A stretch of 63,982 nucleotides of DNA, filler included, from Octopus bimaculoides (taxonomy: Eukaryota), in NCBI RefSeq assembly GCF_001194135.2. It is 6 parts of 6 records of this genome, joined end to end, with 100 filler letters (N's around TTAATTAATTAA, not from the genome) between each part and the next. Parts side by side here need not be neighbours in the genome. Positions count along the whole stretch, not along the records: positions 1 to 27,521 come from NC_068990.1; 5 more parts are not named here. One strand, written 5' to 3'. A program made the position numbers and the translations under genes. This document shows positions 13,020 through 25,837 of this stretch, piece by piece (the stretch's first letter is position 1; each line of letters opens with the position of its first letter). The notes under the pieces are model-generated. The model saw only the letters and a program-made list of their open reading frames with translations. It had not been told where the DNA came from and did no database searches.

Positions 13020-15012
13020 ACGAGAGAAAGAGAGAGAGAGAGAAAGAGAGAAAGAGAGAGATGTATATGTATACATATAGATGTATATGTACACGTATAT
13101 GCATATATATATATATATATAGATATAGATCTATATGCATACATGTATATGTATACACATGTGTAGATGTACATATATATAGATGTACATGTAATATGTA
13201 CACATATATACATATATATACATGCATACAGATATCTATACATATATACACCCATCACACACAAACACATGCACACAAACACACACATTAGTCATTTGTT
13301 TTCTTATCCAAAACTACTGAACGGATCTTTATGAAATTTGGAAATTATATTCTATGTATANNNNNNNNNNNNNNNNNNNNNNNNNNNNNNNNNNNNNNNN
13401 NNNNNNNNNNNNNNNNNNNNNNNNNNNNNNNNNNNNNNNNNNNNNNNNNNNNNNNNNNNNNNNNNNNNNNNNNNNATACTTACATTGTGATTTCTGCAAT
13501 GTGGTGCATAAATTGTCAAGTAAATGAGACGCATCTTTGCCTCCACTGATTCACTTGCAAAGTGTTGAGTAAAATTATTTCGTTGCAGACCTCCTTTGGG
13601 TCTTTTTATTATCACTACGACACACATAGTCCCCAGTTGGTAACATTAATTCCAAGGCCCTCCTAGATGAGAGACTGGCATTCCACTTAATGTCTATGTT
13701 CCATGCTGGCATGGATTGGAGAGTTATTAATGTAGAAATATGGTATCGTAGCTACTAACAGTTGAGGGTTGCGTAGTCTAGACGGCGTTTTTAGATTTCA
13801 TTATTCTCTTTAACCCGGGCAAAGCCGGGTATTTCTGCTAGTTATTCATAATTATAGAAGCTTAGGGTGTCTTCTTTTTGTTTCATTTCAGATTTATAAA
13901 TTAGATAAAAGCTATTGACCAAAATATAATCGTAACCTTTCACAAAGGAGGCGAAAGTAATACAGCTATAGCAAAAAAGCTTAAAATCAACCAAACAACA
14001 GTCTGGAAAATAGTCAGAAAATTTCAAGAGACTGGTTCCATCGCTGATCGACTTGGACGTGGCCAAAAAAGAAGTGTGTAGACCACTCAGCTTATCAAAA
14101 GATATGGTGAAATTCTTGTCATTTCATTAGAAAACTGGCTGCCACAGCAAAAATAAGCTGAACATCAATATATTGAATGTTGAAAGAGGATCTCAGGACT
14201 CAACCATCGTGAGCTCGAGCAAGTTTATAAAACCATGAAACTGGAGAGAAGTCGTCTTATCTTCCATAAGATTGCTGAAGACATGTTGGTCAGCCTAGTG
14301 CTCACTAATGAAAAGACATTTGTCATCAAACAGGCAGTAAACCACCAGAACGATCGACTTTGAAGTGTATCTAGCTCTGTCAGAGGTAGACTAATAAATC
14401 GATGTCAAAACCCACAGTCAGTTGTGGTTTTGGCGGTAGTGACAGCCACTGGAAGGTTTCATCTCATTTTTGTGCCCTCAGATTTTAAAGTTAACGTCCA
14501 GCAATACATTAGAGATATTTTGGAAGCTGATCTGCTTCCATGGGTGAATGAGCACTTTCAAGGCACACCTTGGAGCCTCCAGCAGGACTCAGCACCATCC
14601 CACAGCTCCAAACAGACACAACACCGGATTCAGAAAAACATTCTGCCATTCACAGGCAAGGATGTATGGTTCTCAAGAAGCCCTGATCCTAAACTGCTGG
14701 ATTTCACTGTTTGGTTCATTTTGGAGACAATGGTTTTGAGCGCCCCTCATGCTTTGCTCAACGCTCTGAAGACAATACTGTGCCAAGAATCAGCTTTGAT
14801 TCTGCAAGAACAGCAGTGTGCTGCATGTGAAGCATTCGCACCGAGACTTAAGTCTGTGATTCAAAATCTAGGAGGTTATTTTGAATAAATGTGGTAGTGT
14901 CATAATTGTGTTTCCTTTATCATCGCATTGCAATGCTCAGACCCAAAATATAACAATATTTTGGTTTGGCAAAATTGAAAAAAGTTGGTTGTCTTAATAT
15001 TGGGACACCCTG
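12596..15012 (+). mobile_element. Tc1/mariner superfamily, maT (DD37D) element, both ends intact, transposase decayed
   Basis: TIRs CAGGGTGTCCCAAAATTAAGGCAA / revcomp CAGGGTGTCCCAATATTAAGACAA with TA on both sides. N-terminal HTH (IAKKLKINQTTVWKIVRKFQETGSIADR) at about 13930-14070. QQDSAPSH...SPDPKLLD has 37 residues between the Asps. First Asp changed to Asn (TNEK); internal stops. Confidence 0.92.
12671..13841 (+). mobile_element. Non-autonomous Helitron inserted in the maT element
   Basis: 5' A|TCTATATATATAAA, 3' hairpin CCCGGGCAAAGCCGGG followed by CTAG|T; insertion between A and T with no TSD; internal GTCT/GA/AT microsatellites. Confidence 0.8.
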
Positions 15013-16734
15013 TATTGTATCAGTTCAGACCAGTGACAGAATTGTTGGTGTTTGTTGAGATACCTTGTGGTATCTACTCTGTGTTTCTCTGCATTCTGAC
15101 AGCAATGACATAAAGACAAAGCTGAGTAAAGGAGGACCCCCTGCTTATCTCTCGGACAACATTAATTGTATGGAAAGGGAAGGTGTGCGTTTATGGGCAA
15201 TAGCTGGTCTTCCATAAAAAAAGTTTGGCCTAGATTTGTACAATCAAAAGGAACTTTCCTGATGCAGATCAACTACCCCTAAAAGGCAAACAAAGATAGC
15301 CATATAAAAGCCAGTTTGTCAGTGACCTGCCAACCCCTGACAAAGTTTACAACCCATACCAGCATAGAAAACAAATGTTAAATGATGATGATCATGATGA
15401 TGATAATGAACAGCTTGTCTGAACCTAAATTTGATGTTTAGGACTTAGGACATATTTTAGAAGTTAGGCATCAAAATATATTTATAATCTTTAAGCCAGT
15501 GGGGAAGGAAAGGGCTTCTGGTATAGGTGTGAGAAAAGAATCCTCCAATTGGTCACCTGGCCCAAATGCTTGTAACAGAGTGGATCTGCTAAAGCACCCA
15601 GTGTGCAAGGCAGCATGCTGAACTGAACAACAGATTAAGTCTACTGTCCATGTTTAATTCTTTACAAATTCCAATACCAGACACTGTCCTAGTGTCTTCA
15701 AATGGTTGCACAAATAAATATAGAAATTAAATATCTGAAAGCACAACCAAATGCAACTAAAATTGAGAAAAGTTCACAAATAGCCACAACTACATGAGAT
15801 TATGAAGAAAAAAGTAAATAAGTAAACAAATAAGATAAATATAAAAATATATTTATTTTATTTTTTAAGACAGTTTATTCAGTTATTACCATTTTCTTTA
15901 TTTTAACTTGCATTCATTTGTATTTTGAAAAGTTGATACTTTTGTTTCCTACATCATTCCCCATTGGCACAAAATGAATATCAATTATCAAAAACCAATT
16001 TACAAAAGAAAAACAAACAAACAAACAATAAGCTATAAATAGTTGTATTTATAGTATAGTAATAGTTGTAGTGTCAGAAGTAACAGTAGTAAAACAGAAA
16101 AATCAGAAAATAGAATATAATAATAACAAATGTAAAAGATTATAATTTTGAGAAAAGCAACTTAACATTCTTCTATGGAAATCTGTTTTTCATTCTCAAA
16201 ACTGTAGCAAATTCTAAGACTATTTTTGGACAGTTTGAATTTTTTATTGCAAAAATTGCTTACTATTATGCATATTGATTATTATTATTATTATTGTTGT
16301 TGTTGTTGTTGTTGTTGCAGTATAGAAGTTACAACCATTACTATTATTGTTATTATTATTATCATTTTTATTATTATTGTTATTGTAGCTAAGATCAACA
16401 GTGACCATGTCAAGGTATTTAAGTTGTGGGATTTAGTGAAAACAAGTCTCCTCAACTCTCAAATGTTTTGAGAATAATCTTTGCAGGAATAACAAATAAC
16501 AATTTCTGGCTATTTTGTTTATTGAGATCACAATTTCAATATCGCTATGTTTCTCAAAAGGTTGTTTTGATTTTGTTTCTGTTGGATTTTATGACAACAC
16601 AGATACACTTTCACTTCCATGTCACATATTTTCTTAGTTCTTATTCTAAATTCAGACACTTTCTAGCTTTTCTCATATATTTAGCTCTGACTCTTGTTAT
16701 CGTAGCACAAAGAAAAATTGATGATGTTGCATAC

Positions 16735-16832
16735 CGTGTGTATTTTTCTTTTAGCATTATTATTCACTAATCTAGTATCTGTGCATCTATTACATTCATA
16801 GTCAGGTTGCATTGAAACCCCAACTGGATCGT
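16735..16832 (-). CDS. Weak candidate exon DPVGVSMQPDYECNRCTDTRLVNNNAKRKIHT
   Basis: Good donor ACG|GTATGC and one open frame, but the acceptor lacks a pyrimidine tract (an RTE tail is inserted immediately upstream). Confidence 0.2.
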
Positions 16833-16838
16833 CTAACA

Positions 16839-17070
16839 GTCGTCGTCGTTTAACGTCTGCTTTCCACACTAGCATAGGTTCGACGATTTGACTGAGGACT
16901 GGTGAAACCAGATGGCTACACCAGGCTCCAATCTGATTTGGCAGAGTTTCTACAGCTGGATGCCCTTCCTAACGCCAACCACTCAGAGAGTGTAGTGGGT
17001 GCTTTTACGTGTCACCCGTACGAAGGCCAGTCAGGCGGTACTGGCAACGGCCACGCTCATCTCGCTCGAG
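16839..17070 (-). mobile_element. 5'-truncated RTE 3' UTR copy
   Basis: Reverse complement of 11170-11395, including cagctggatgcccttcctaacgccaacc and the GAC/GAT tail. Confidence 0.8.
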
Positions 17071-17097
17071 AAACCTCATGTGTCACCTATTGAACAA

Positions 17098-17495
17098 GGG
17101 ATGTTTCCCAGAATAATTTGAATATATAACTTATGAAATGTTTCCTGCAATAAACCAAATATATAGAATATGGGATATTTCTTGCAAATAAACTGAATAT
17201 ACAATATGTGGGATATTTCCTGGAATAAACTGGATATATTCAATGTGGGATATATTCTATAATATACTGACTGTATAGAAAATGGGATCTTTCTTGTTAT
17301 AGACTGAATATATAGAATGTGGGCTGTTTATTAGGAATAAACTGAATATATAAAATGTGGTGTGTTTTCTGGAATATTTCCTGGAATAAGCAGAATGTCC
17401 TGAATGTGAAATGTTTTCCTGGTATAAAATGTATTCATAAAACATGAGCTAGTTCAAGGAATTAATTGAATATATAAAATGTGACTTGTTTCTAC
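17098..17495. repeat. Degenerate 37-38-bp minisatellite, about 10 copies
   Basis: Unit approximately GGGATATTTCCTGGAATAAACTGAATATATAAAATGT; TGG(G) anchors at 17171, 17209, 17246, 17283, 17320 and 17358. Confidence 0.85.
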
Positions 17496-18179
17496 TGATG
17501 TTATTTAAAATATGCATGGAATTTTTAAATGATTTACTATTCTGAAACCTTCTGTTAACATAATGGTGGTTTCCTTAAACCTTCTAAATGTATTTGGAAG
17601 AAAGTTGGTGCAGTTATCTTCTGATTTTGAATTTGTCTATATTTTTTAGCAGTTTAGGGAATAGTGTTATTTCTGACATGTTTCCAAGGGGCCAATCACA
17701 TACTCATTGTATTTCTGTTGGTCTGAACGACAAGGGACAAAATTGAATTTCTAGCTTCTCAAAGATGTTTTTACTGTTCATTAATATACATTAGGGAAAA
17801 GCATAAAGGACTTCACACATATACACACAAATACACAAACACATATATACATTTTATAAATTTGATAAATATTAATGCACAAAACTCTTGGCTCTTGAGT
17901 CACTCTTTAACTTCTGCCAATCATTAATAAAAATCATACACTCATGTTTTGAGTTCTATTTTTCCTGTTTGCATCAACAAACCTACATTTCATTTATATA
18001 TCATGTGAGTAGAAAGGTTTGAACTTGCATATCTCTTTTCAAAAACTGCTAAAGCTAAAAAAAAAAAAAATTAAATCACAGAAAAATATATTAAAAGAAT
18101 TTATGAAGAAGCAAATATATACACTTTCTTGTTTTCTCATTCTACCTACTACTTATCTAGTCTTAATTCCATGACATAA

Positions 18180-18330
18180 AAATATTGCAAAAGTTTGTAA
18201 TCGTTGTTGTTTAGTTTCGTTTTTGCCTAATTACTTACGTTACGCTAATGAGCTGTTCATTCGTATGCTAATATAATTGGATATAAATTTGAAATTATTG
18301 GTTAAGAAAGAAAATATGAAAAATCTTTAC
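18180..18330 (-). promoter_or_regulatory. Possible 5' end / first non-coding exon of a minus-strand gene
   Basis: CpG dinucleotides reappear abruptly at about 18.2 kb. Perfect minus-strand donor AAC|GTAAGT at 18238. Inference only. Confidence 0.25.
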
Positions 18331-19275
18331 ATATTTCTTGTATCAAAGATAAACTAAATAATCTTGTAACCATATGATCTCTTTGAGTATGTTGAAGTAA
18401 AACCTTAATCCATTTCAGTTTGCCGGTATCTAAACATGATAAAAATGAAATATACGAATATTTTTTCTTCAGAAATACTAAGAAGTCCAGTTTTGCTTTT
18501 GGCTATGATTATCTTATCAATGGTTTCACTCTTTACAATTTAAGAAAAAAATTTTCTCTTCCTTTCTTCAAATTTTTTCTTCTTTTCTTCTTTCATTGCT
18601 TTTACTTTTCATGTTTCAAAAGTAGCATAAAATTATTTTTATATATTTATGGAATAAATTAAATTGTCTTTATCTCATGCAGCTTTGTTAGTTTTCAGAA
18701 TAATTCTTGAAGAAAAATATAGCCAATTCTTCAAAATAATATATTTAACAAAAAAAAAAAAATCTTAGTGCAGAGATAAGAAATAAATTTTTAAAGAACT
18801 ATTTTAGAAAAGAGTAAGGTAATTATTATATTTACAGATTTCGAGTTTTAGTAATGATTTTGATAAAATTAACATATTCTTAATCCAAATGAATTCTTTT
18901 ATTGAATGAAGTAAACAATATACAAACATATATATAATGTATGTACATGTGAATGTACGTAAACATATGTATGTACGTATGTACACATACATATACGCAT
19001 ACACATATACATACACATATATACACATGCATACACATATATACGCATATACATACACATATATATACATATCCATATACAGATATATGCACATACATAT
19101 ACGTATATATATGTATATATAAATATATATCTATATATATATATATATATATAGACCAATAGAGTAAGTACTAGGCTTACAAAGAATAAGTCCGGGTGTT
19201 GATTTGCTTGACTAATGGCGGTGCTCCAGCATGGCCGCAGTCAAATGACTAAAACAAATAAAAGAATAAAAGAAC

Positions 19276-19306
<31 letters not shown>

Positions 19307-21544
19307 NNNNNNNNNNNNNNNNNNNNNNNNNNNNNNNNNNNNNNNNNNNNNNNNNNNNNNNNNNNNNNNNNNNNNNNNNNNNNNNNNNNNNNNNNNNNNN
19401 NNNNNNNNNNNNNNNNNNNNNNNNNNNNNNNNNNNNNNNNNNNNNNNNNNNNNNNNNNNNNNNNNNNNNNNNNNNNNNNNNNNNNNNNNNNNNNNNNNNN
19501 NNNNNNNNNNNNNNNNNNNNNATATATACATATATACATACACACATATATATATATATATATATACATACATACACATATATATACATATATACTTATA
19601 TATATATAAATATATAGATATACATAAATATATTTATGTACATATATATATATACATATAAATATATATGTATATATATACACACATATATATATATATA
19701 CATATATATATACACACACACACATATATATATATACATATATATATACATATATATACACACACACATGTATACATAAAGACATACATACAAACAAACA
19801 AACGCATATGTGAACAATAAGTTACACATGAACTTAACAGAATGTATTTTAAGTTATCTTCATCTAGTGTAATTTGAAAAGGAATCCAATGAAAGTTTAC
19901 TAATACTTATAAATATTTTGGACCTGTGGCATAAGTCTCTCTTGTAAAGTAAAACTTTGGAAAAGATATACGATATACTATGCTCAATGATATATGAAGA
20001 TACTGCCTCATAATGTACACCAACAATATGTTTCAGTGTAAACGTTTCCTTAGGCTGGTCATAGACACCTTTCCCATATGGTCGAAGGACTAGTTAACTG
20101 GTCACAAAGTAATAGATCCGAAATCGGCTGAACCACGAAATAAGGTTAAATAAATAAAAACGCAAGATAACGGGCAAAGGATTTTTTTTCAAAGATTCTA
20201 AAAATGCATGTAATTGATTTGGAATAATACTGAAAGGTGCACACGACATAGATACAAGTTCCAAAGAGTGTTATCTGTGAACACTAAGACAGCTACGAAT
20301 TCAGATGGGAGCGGAGTATAAATTATTTCGGCTTAATCGAATGTAATTCGTAAAAAAATGGGGAGAAAGAAATGAGCTTAACAAAGATCTACAAATAAAC
20401 ATATTTTAGAGTAGAAAGAAATATATTAAAATAAAAATGAGATTAAAATATGATGAATAACATACCATGCTAAGCAGAGTATGAGTATATTCTTTCATAA
20501 AGTACTATCTATCTATCTATCTGTCTACACACACACTCACACATATAAGAATGGATAAATGCACTTCATTGTGACATATCCCAGAAGTTAGATAACCATC
20601 ACACACACACACATAGCATATATATATATATATATATATATANNNNNNNNNNNNNNNNNNNNNNNNNNNNNNNNNNNNNNNNNNNNNNNNNNNNNNNNNN
20701 NNNNNNNNNNNNNNNNNNNNNNNNNNNNNNNNNNNNNNNNNNNNNNNNNNNNNNNNNNNNNNNNNNNNNNNNNNNNNNNNNNNNNNNNNNNNNNNNNNNN
20801 NNNNNNNNNNNNNNNNNNNNNNNNNNNNNNNNNNNNNNNNNNNNNNNNNNNNNNNNNNNNNNNNNNNNNNNNNNNNNNNNNNNNNNNNNNNNNNNNNNNN
20901 NNNNNNNNNNNNNNNNNNNNNNNNNNNNNNNNNNNNNNNNNNNNNNNNNNNNNNNNNNNNNNNNNNNNNNNNNNNNNNNNNNNNNNNNNNNNNNNNNNNN
21001 NNNNNNNNNNNNNNNNNNNNNNNNNNNNNNNNNNNNNNNNNNNNNNNNNNNNNNNNNNNNNNNNNNNNNNNNNNNNNNNNNNNNNNNNNNNNNNNNNNNN
21101 NNNNNNNNNNNNNNNNNNNNNNNNNNNNNNNNNNNNNNNNNNNNNNNNNNNNNNNNNNNNNNNNNNNNNNNNNNNNNNNNNNNNNNNNNNNNNNNNNNNN
21201 NNNNNNNNNNNNNNNNNNNNNNNNNNNNNNNNNNNNNNNNNNNNNNNNNNNNNNNNNNNNNNNNNNNNNNNNNNNNNNNNNNNNNNNNNNNNNNNNNNNN
21301 NNNNNNNNNNNNNNNNNNNNNNNNNNNNNNNNNNNNNNNNNNNNNNNNNNNNNNNNNNNNNNNNNNNNNNNNNNNNNNNNNNNNNNNNNNNNNNNNNNAT
21401 GAAAATGTGTTGTTGAAAATGCACTTAAATTTCAAAAACTCGTAAATGTTTAAAATACATTTATTTACATATATATCAAACTAGTTTCAACAATATTTTT
21501 TGTTTATCAATGGTAAAAGTTTAAATTTAGAAAAACATCTTTAA

Positions 21545-21646
21545 AAGTTTCAATGTTGGCAAATTAAAATGTCTCAATGTTGACAAATTAAAATGTTTCA
21601 ATGTTGATAAATTAAAATGTTTCAATGTTGATAAATTAACATGTTC
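21545..21646. repeat. 24-bp tandem repeat, about 4 copies
   Basis: CAATGTTGATAAATTAAAATGTTT at 21551, 21575, 21599 and 21623. Confidence 0.9.
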
Positions 21647-22067
21647 AAAACAGAAGGTGTAAGTTTGAATGTTCATAGCAGTCAATAAAATTGAAATTAT
21701 CAATTTGTTTGAATGTACAAAGTTCATTAATTTTAGTGGTGGTCGACAAATCATACTGAAAAAAATAAACCAGTGTGAAATGAAAATAGTAAAAAAAGGG
21801 AATTTGGGTTACAGTTTTTCTGGTCATCTTCTAATAGACGCCGAGCCTTAAGGCTTTCTACAGATTTGAAAAAGATTTTGTATAAGTGTGCTATGCGGGA
21901 CCTCCGCAGTTTGAAGAAGACAGCTCACTGACTTGTAAGCAAAATGCTAAACAATTTCAAAGCGTTTTCATCCCCAAAAAGAAATCTGCGAATAAGCAAG
22001 CCTGATGAGTACTTCAACACCACAGATGCACACAGGGAAAAGGCAATAATAGATTACAACAGGGTGG

Positions 22068-22310
22068 TGAGCTGGCAAAATCGTTAGCACGCCAGGCAAA
22101 AATGCTTAGCAGTATTTCGTCTGCCGTTACGTTCTGAATTTAAATTCCGCCGAGGTAGACTTTCCCTTTCATCCTTTCGGAGTCGATTAGATAAGTACCA
22201 GTTGCGCACTGGGGGCGATGTAATTGACTTAATCTCTTTGTCTGTCCTTGTTTGTCCCCTCTATGTTTAACCTCCCTGTGAGAAATAAAGAAATAAATCA
22301 TTGATAACAA
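22068..22310 (+). mobile_element. tRNA-headed SINE family B, representative copy
   Basis: TGGCAAAATCG A-box-like, GAGTTCAAATTCC-type B-box, central gccgaggtcgactttgcctttcatcctttcggggtcgataaa domain. Other copies: 1360-1455(-), 7075-7295(-), 10485-10680(+), 22340-22480(-), 23065-23250(-), 24205-24420(+), 33590-33745(-), 33745-33967(-), 35730-35880(-), 37565-37760(+), 49365-49545(-), 61955-62090(+), 62095-62220(+), 62265-62480(+). Confidence 0.85.
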
Positions 22311-22587
22311 CGACATTAAAGAAGGGCGTGTAATATTTTTTCAATTATAAGCACAAGACCTGAAATTTTAGGAGAGAGATTAGAAAATTACATCGACCTC
22401 AACGCATTACTGGTACTTATTTTAGGGGCCCCAAAAGGAAGGCCAAGTTGACGTTGGCGAAATTTGAGTCTAGAATATAAAAACAGACGATATGCTGTTA
22501 TGCTTTTTGTCCGGTATTATCGATTCTGCCAGCTCGTGCTTAGAAGATGATGTAAAGTTGATTTCAAATTTTGGCACAAGGCCAGCA

Positions 22588-23502
22588 ATATAGTAAAAGG
22601 TTTAGATAGCATCTGACAGCTGTTTCTAGGACGTCCCAGCTATTGGGACATCGTGTCGAGCAAAGATTCCATATGCTGAGTATTCTGTAATCGGAAAGGG
22701 ATAGGTTAAACATATGTAAAAGTGGAAGAAAGTTCCATGTAAATGATAGTTGTTGTGGTTCATTTTGTCTAGAAACGGAGAAATTCAATTAAATCCAGTT
22801 AGATATTAGATTCCTTAGGTAAATCTAAGATCAGAGAGATTGGTCAGATAGTAATCCAAGACAAGGGCATATGGGCCCCAAGGTCATGCGCTGTTTATCT
22901 TGATATGAAATCACCATGTCGTGCACATATGGTTGTGATGCATGTGCTTGGTGTACCCTAATCAGACGAGTAGTCATAGTGAGTATACTGGGCTTCGAAT
23001 ATTTTACCTTTGATGGCATGCACTGCTTTCTCACTAAGATAATAATAATAATAATAATAATCATCTCTTTTACTATAGGCTCAAAGGCTGAAATTTGGGG
23101 GAGGAGACTAGTCGATTACATCGACCTCAGTGTGTAACTGGTACTTATTTCATCGATCCCGAAGGGATGAAAGGCAAAATCGACCCCAGCGGAATTTGAA
23201 CTCAGAACGTAATTACGGACGAAATGATGTAAAGCATTTTGCCCGGCTAAAAGAAATTAAAAAAATATTTACTCGTTATCATTTTTATGTTTACTCTTTT
23301 ATTGGATTTCTTCTCTGTTTCTAGACATAATGTACCACAACAACTATTGATGAGGAAGTTTCTTCCTCTGTCGCATATGTTTAACCTATTTCTTTCCAAT
23401 GACGGTATACTCAGCATATGGCATTTTCGCTCGACATGATGTTCCAATAGCTGGGATATCCCAGAAACAGCTGTCAGAAACTATCTAAACCTTTTATTAT
23501 AT
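22588..23502. repeat. Foldback element with about 200-bp inverted arms; spacer holds a LINE-like tail and a SINE
   Basis: 22588-22799 aligns in reverse complement to 23303-23502 along the whole arm. Confidence 0.85.
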
Positions 23503-24524
23503 AGTTAAAATTAAATGTCCTTGTTAAGTCTTGCAAAATGTTTGCTTTTTCATTTCTACTTTAAGTAATTACCTACCGATTCAAGGGGAAGCCACTTCTA
23601 ATTGCTTTGGATAAGGGAATCATAAAAGCACACCTTTTACTGCAGTTCAAACTGGAATTTTAGTGACATACCTATTACTTTGAATCATCTAGACGAAACC
23701 TCCTCGCATCTCTATTTACTTATATATTTGTTTGTAAATTATAAATTAAGTAGTTACAAAAAATTCTCGTTGTTTCATTTAAATCATTTATCATAGAGTG
23801 AGTAAATTTACTGAAGATGTTATAAAATATGTAGCTATCAATCACGTGATGAAACAAGAAAAGAAACGGTAGCTGTTTGAGAATTACGTCATGAAAACAA
23901 TGTGTTTGTCATATGATAAAAATTACGTATGCGTCAAATACGGTGAAAATTTTAAAACATTTATTGGAACTCTCACTGTTAAAAATGAAATGCAAGGAAT
24001 GTAAAGAAATTTGTAAAGTAACAAATTACTATCTTGATGGAATCTAAAATGCAGAGTAAATAAACAGGCTGGTAATTAGCACAGAAAGTAATTTAAATGT
24101 TAGTAAATAATTAGGAGACATCATTTAAATAAAACATTTAAAAATACAAATAAGAAAGCGCAGTTGTTTAAGCAATTTTAATTAATGCATACTATTTTTA
24201 ATGTGGTGATATGGCAGAATCGTTAACATGCCGGGCAAAATACTTAGCTGCAATTCGTCCATCTATACGTTCTGAGTTCAAATTCCACCGAGGTAAACTT
24301 TACCTTTCATCCTTTTGGTGTTGATAAAATAAGAATTAGTTGAACACTGGGATTGATCTCATCGGCTTACGCCCCTATCCTGAAACTGCGGGGCCTTGTG
24401 CCAAAATTTGAAACCAATATGAATTTTATCTTTTGGATGAGAGGTATTAAGTGTTTGATACGGTAAAATGGAACGGTAAATTTAGAAATTATAGTAGTTA
24501 CTAAAAATAACATATTATTTAAAG

Positions 24525-25267
24525 CAGAAGTTCTCAACGTGGGTGGTACCGCACCCACAAAAACTCACTGGGCATGTCGGAAGGGGTGTTAAACTTGAGA
24601 GGAAGGTGAGGTAACGTAACTAACATACGAAATTTTACCTATAGTAGTAATCATGTTATATAAAGAATTCAGGGCGGTGTCGCAATTTCTGACTAAGCAA
24701 CGAAACAAATTTGCATTAAGTCAAAGAGAGGACTTACGACTTCTTTTGACTAACATTGAACCGGATATAGAAAATTTATCTAGATCTCATCAGGTATAGT
24801 TATTAGCTTGCAATTTATGAAGTAAATTTACAATCTTTGTCTTTATTAATGTTTATTATTCCACTGTTAAAAACTTTTACAATCAATTTTTTCAGTAAGA
24901 TTTATAAATTTTCGCCCATGCTAAGTTAGTTTGTGGAGGCGTGTGACTTAGTGGTTAGAGTGTTGGACTCATGATCATAAGATTGTTGTTTCGATTCCTG
25001 GAGCGAGCGATGCATTGTGTTCTTGAGCAAAATACTTCATTTCACGTTGCTCAGCTGGTAAAAATGAGTAATCCTGCGACGGACCGGCGTCTCGTCCATG
25101 GTAACCGGGAAACTGGCCTTATGAATCTATATGACTCGGGAAGGAACTTTACTATTAAGTTTAGTTGTGATACTTAGGTGAAACGCGCCACTAAGGTGGG
25201 CGCTAGGTGTAGCAATTACTTTTAAAGGAAAGCTACAAAAAAGGGAAAAAATGGTTCAGAACCACTG
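24525..25267. mobile_element. hAT (Charlie-like) non-autonomous element with an internal SINE
   Basis: Ends CAGAAGTTCTCAAC / revcomp CAGTGGTTCTGAAC; 8-bp flanks ATTTAAAG / GTTTGGAG (5 of 8 identical, three A/G differences). Confidence 0.65.
24938..25150 (+). mobile_element. tRNA-headed CORE-type SINE
   Basis: gacttagtggttagagtg...gtttcgattcc head plus tgtgttcttgagcaaaatacttcatttcacgttgctc core. Related copies at 1080-1340(+), 54190-54425(+) and 51362-51630(-, different 3' body). Confidence 0.75.
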
Positions 25268-25837
25268 GTTTGGAGTATATACATGCGCGATAAACGTAAA
25301 TCAAATACAAAAAACTTGTGAGAACGTTATAAATACATTGAATAGATAAACAGAAATAAATAAATATTGTAAGTTGTGCAAAGGAAATGAAATGCATAGA
25401 CTCCATCAAAGCATGATCATAACTGGAACTGGATCAAGGACAAAACAATAACTGTTGAAACTGATTTATTAATTAATCAGGAAATTCTAAATTAAGTTAA
25501 AATAAGTGTGAGTATGCAGATAATAATAAAATTGGAGCGTATTGTATTTTAAAGAAACGAGTTGAAAGATTAAATAACAATAAATTTTTAATAGGAAAAA
25601 GTTTTAAAATAAAATGAAATGGAATAGTAAAATATATTAGAATAATTTAAAGTGATTAACAGAATTTATATGGAAGTAATTAGCACTAAACGATCAAGCT
25701 AAATGTTAGTTGGGTAATAACTATATGGAGCGACGTGTAAACCAGTAGAAAAAAATCAATGAAATTAAGTTAATAGATTTTTAAAAAGTAATAAACTATG
25801 TGGTGCAAAATCAGCGAATCTGTGTTCCTCGAACTTA

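Noticed and set aside
14424-14888. 154-aa ORF as an active transposase
   Set aside because: It is only the C-terminal part; upstream stops and frameshifts, and the first catalytic Asp is mutated.
24938-25010. tRNA-like A/B boxes here and at other SINE heads
   Set aside because: No complete cloverleaf; they continue into SINE bodies, so they are not tRNA genes.
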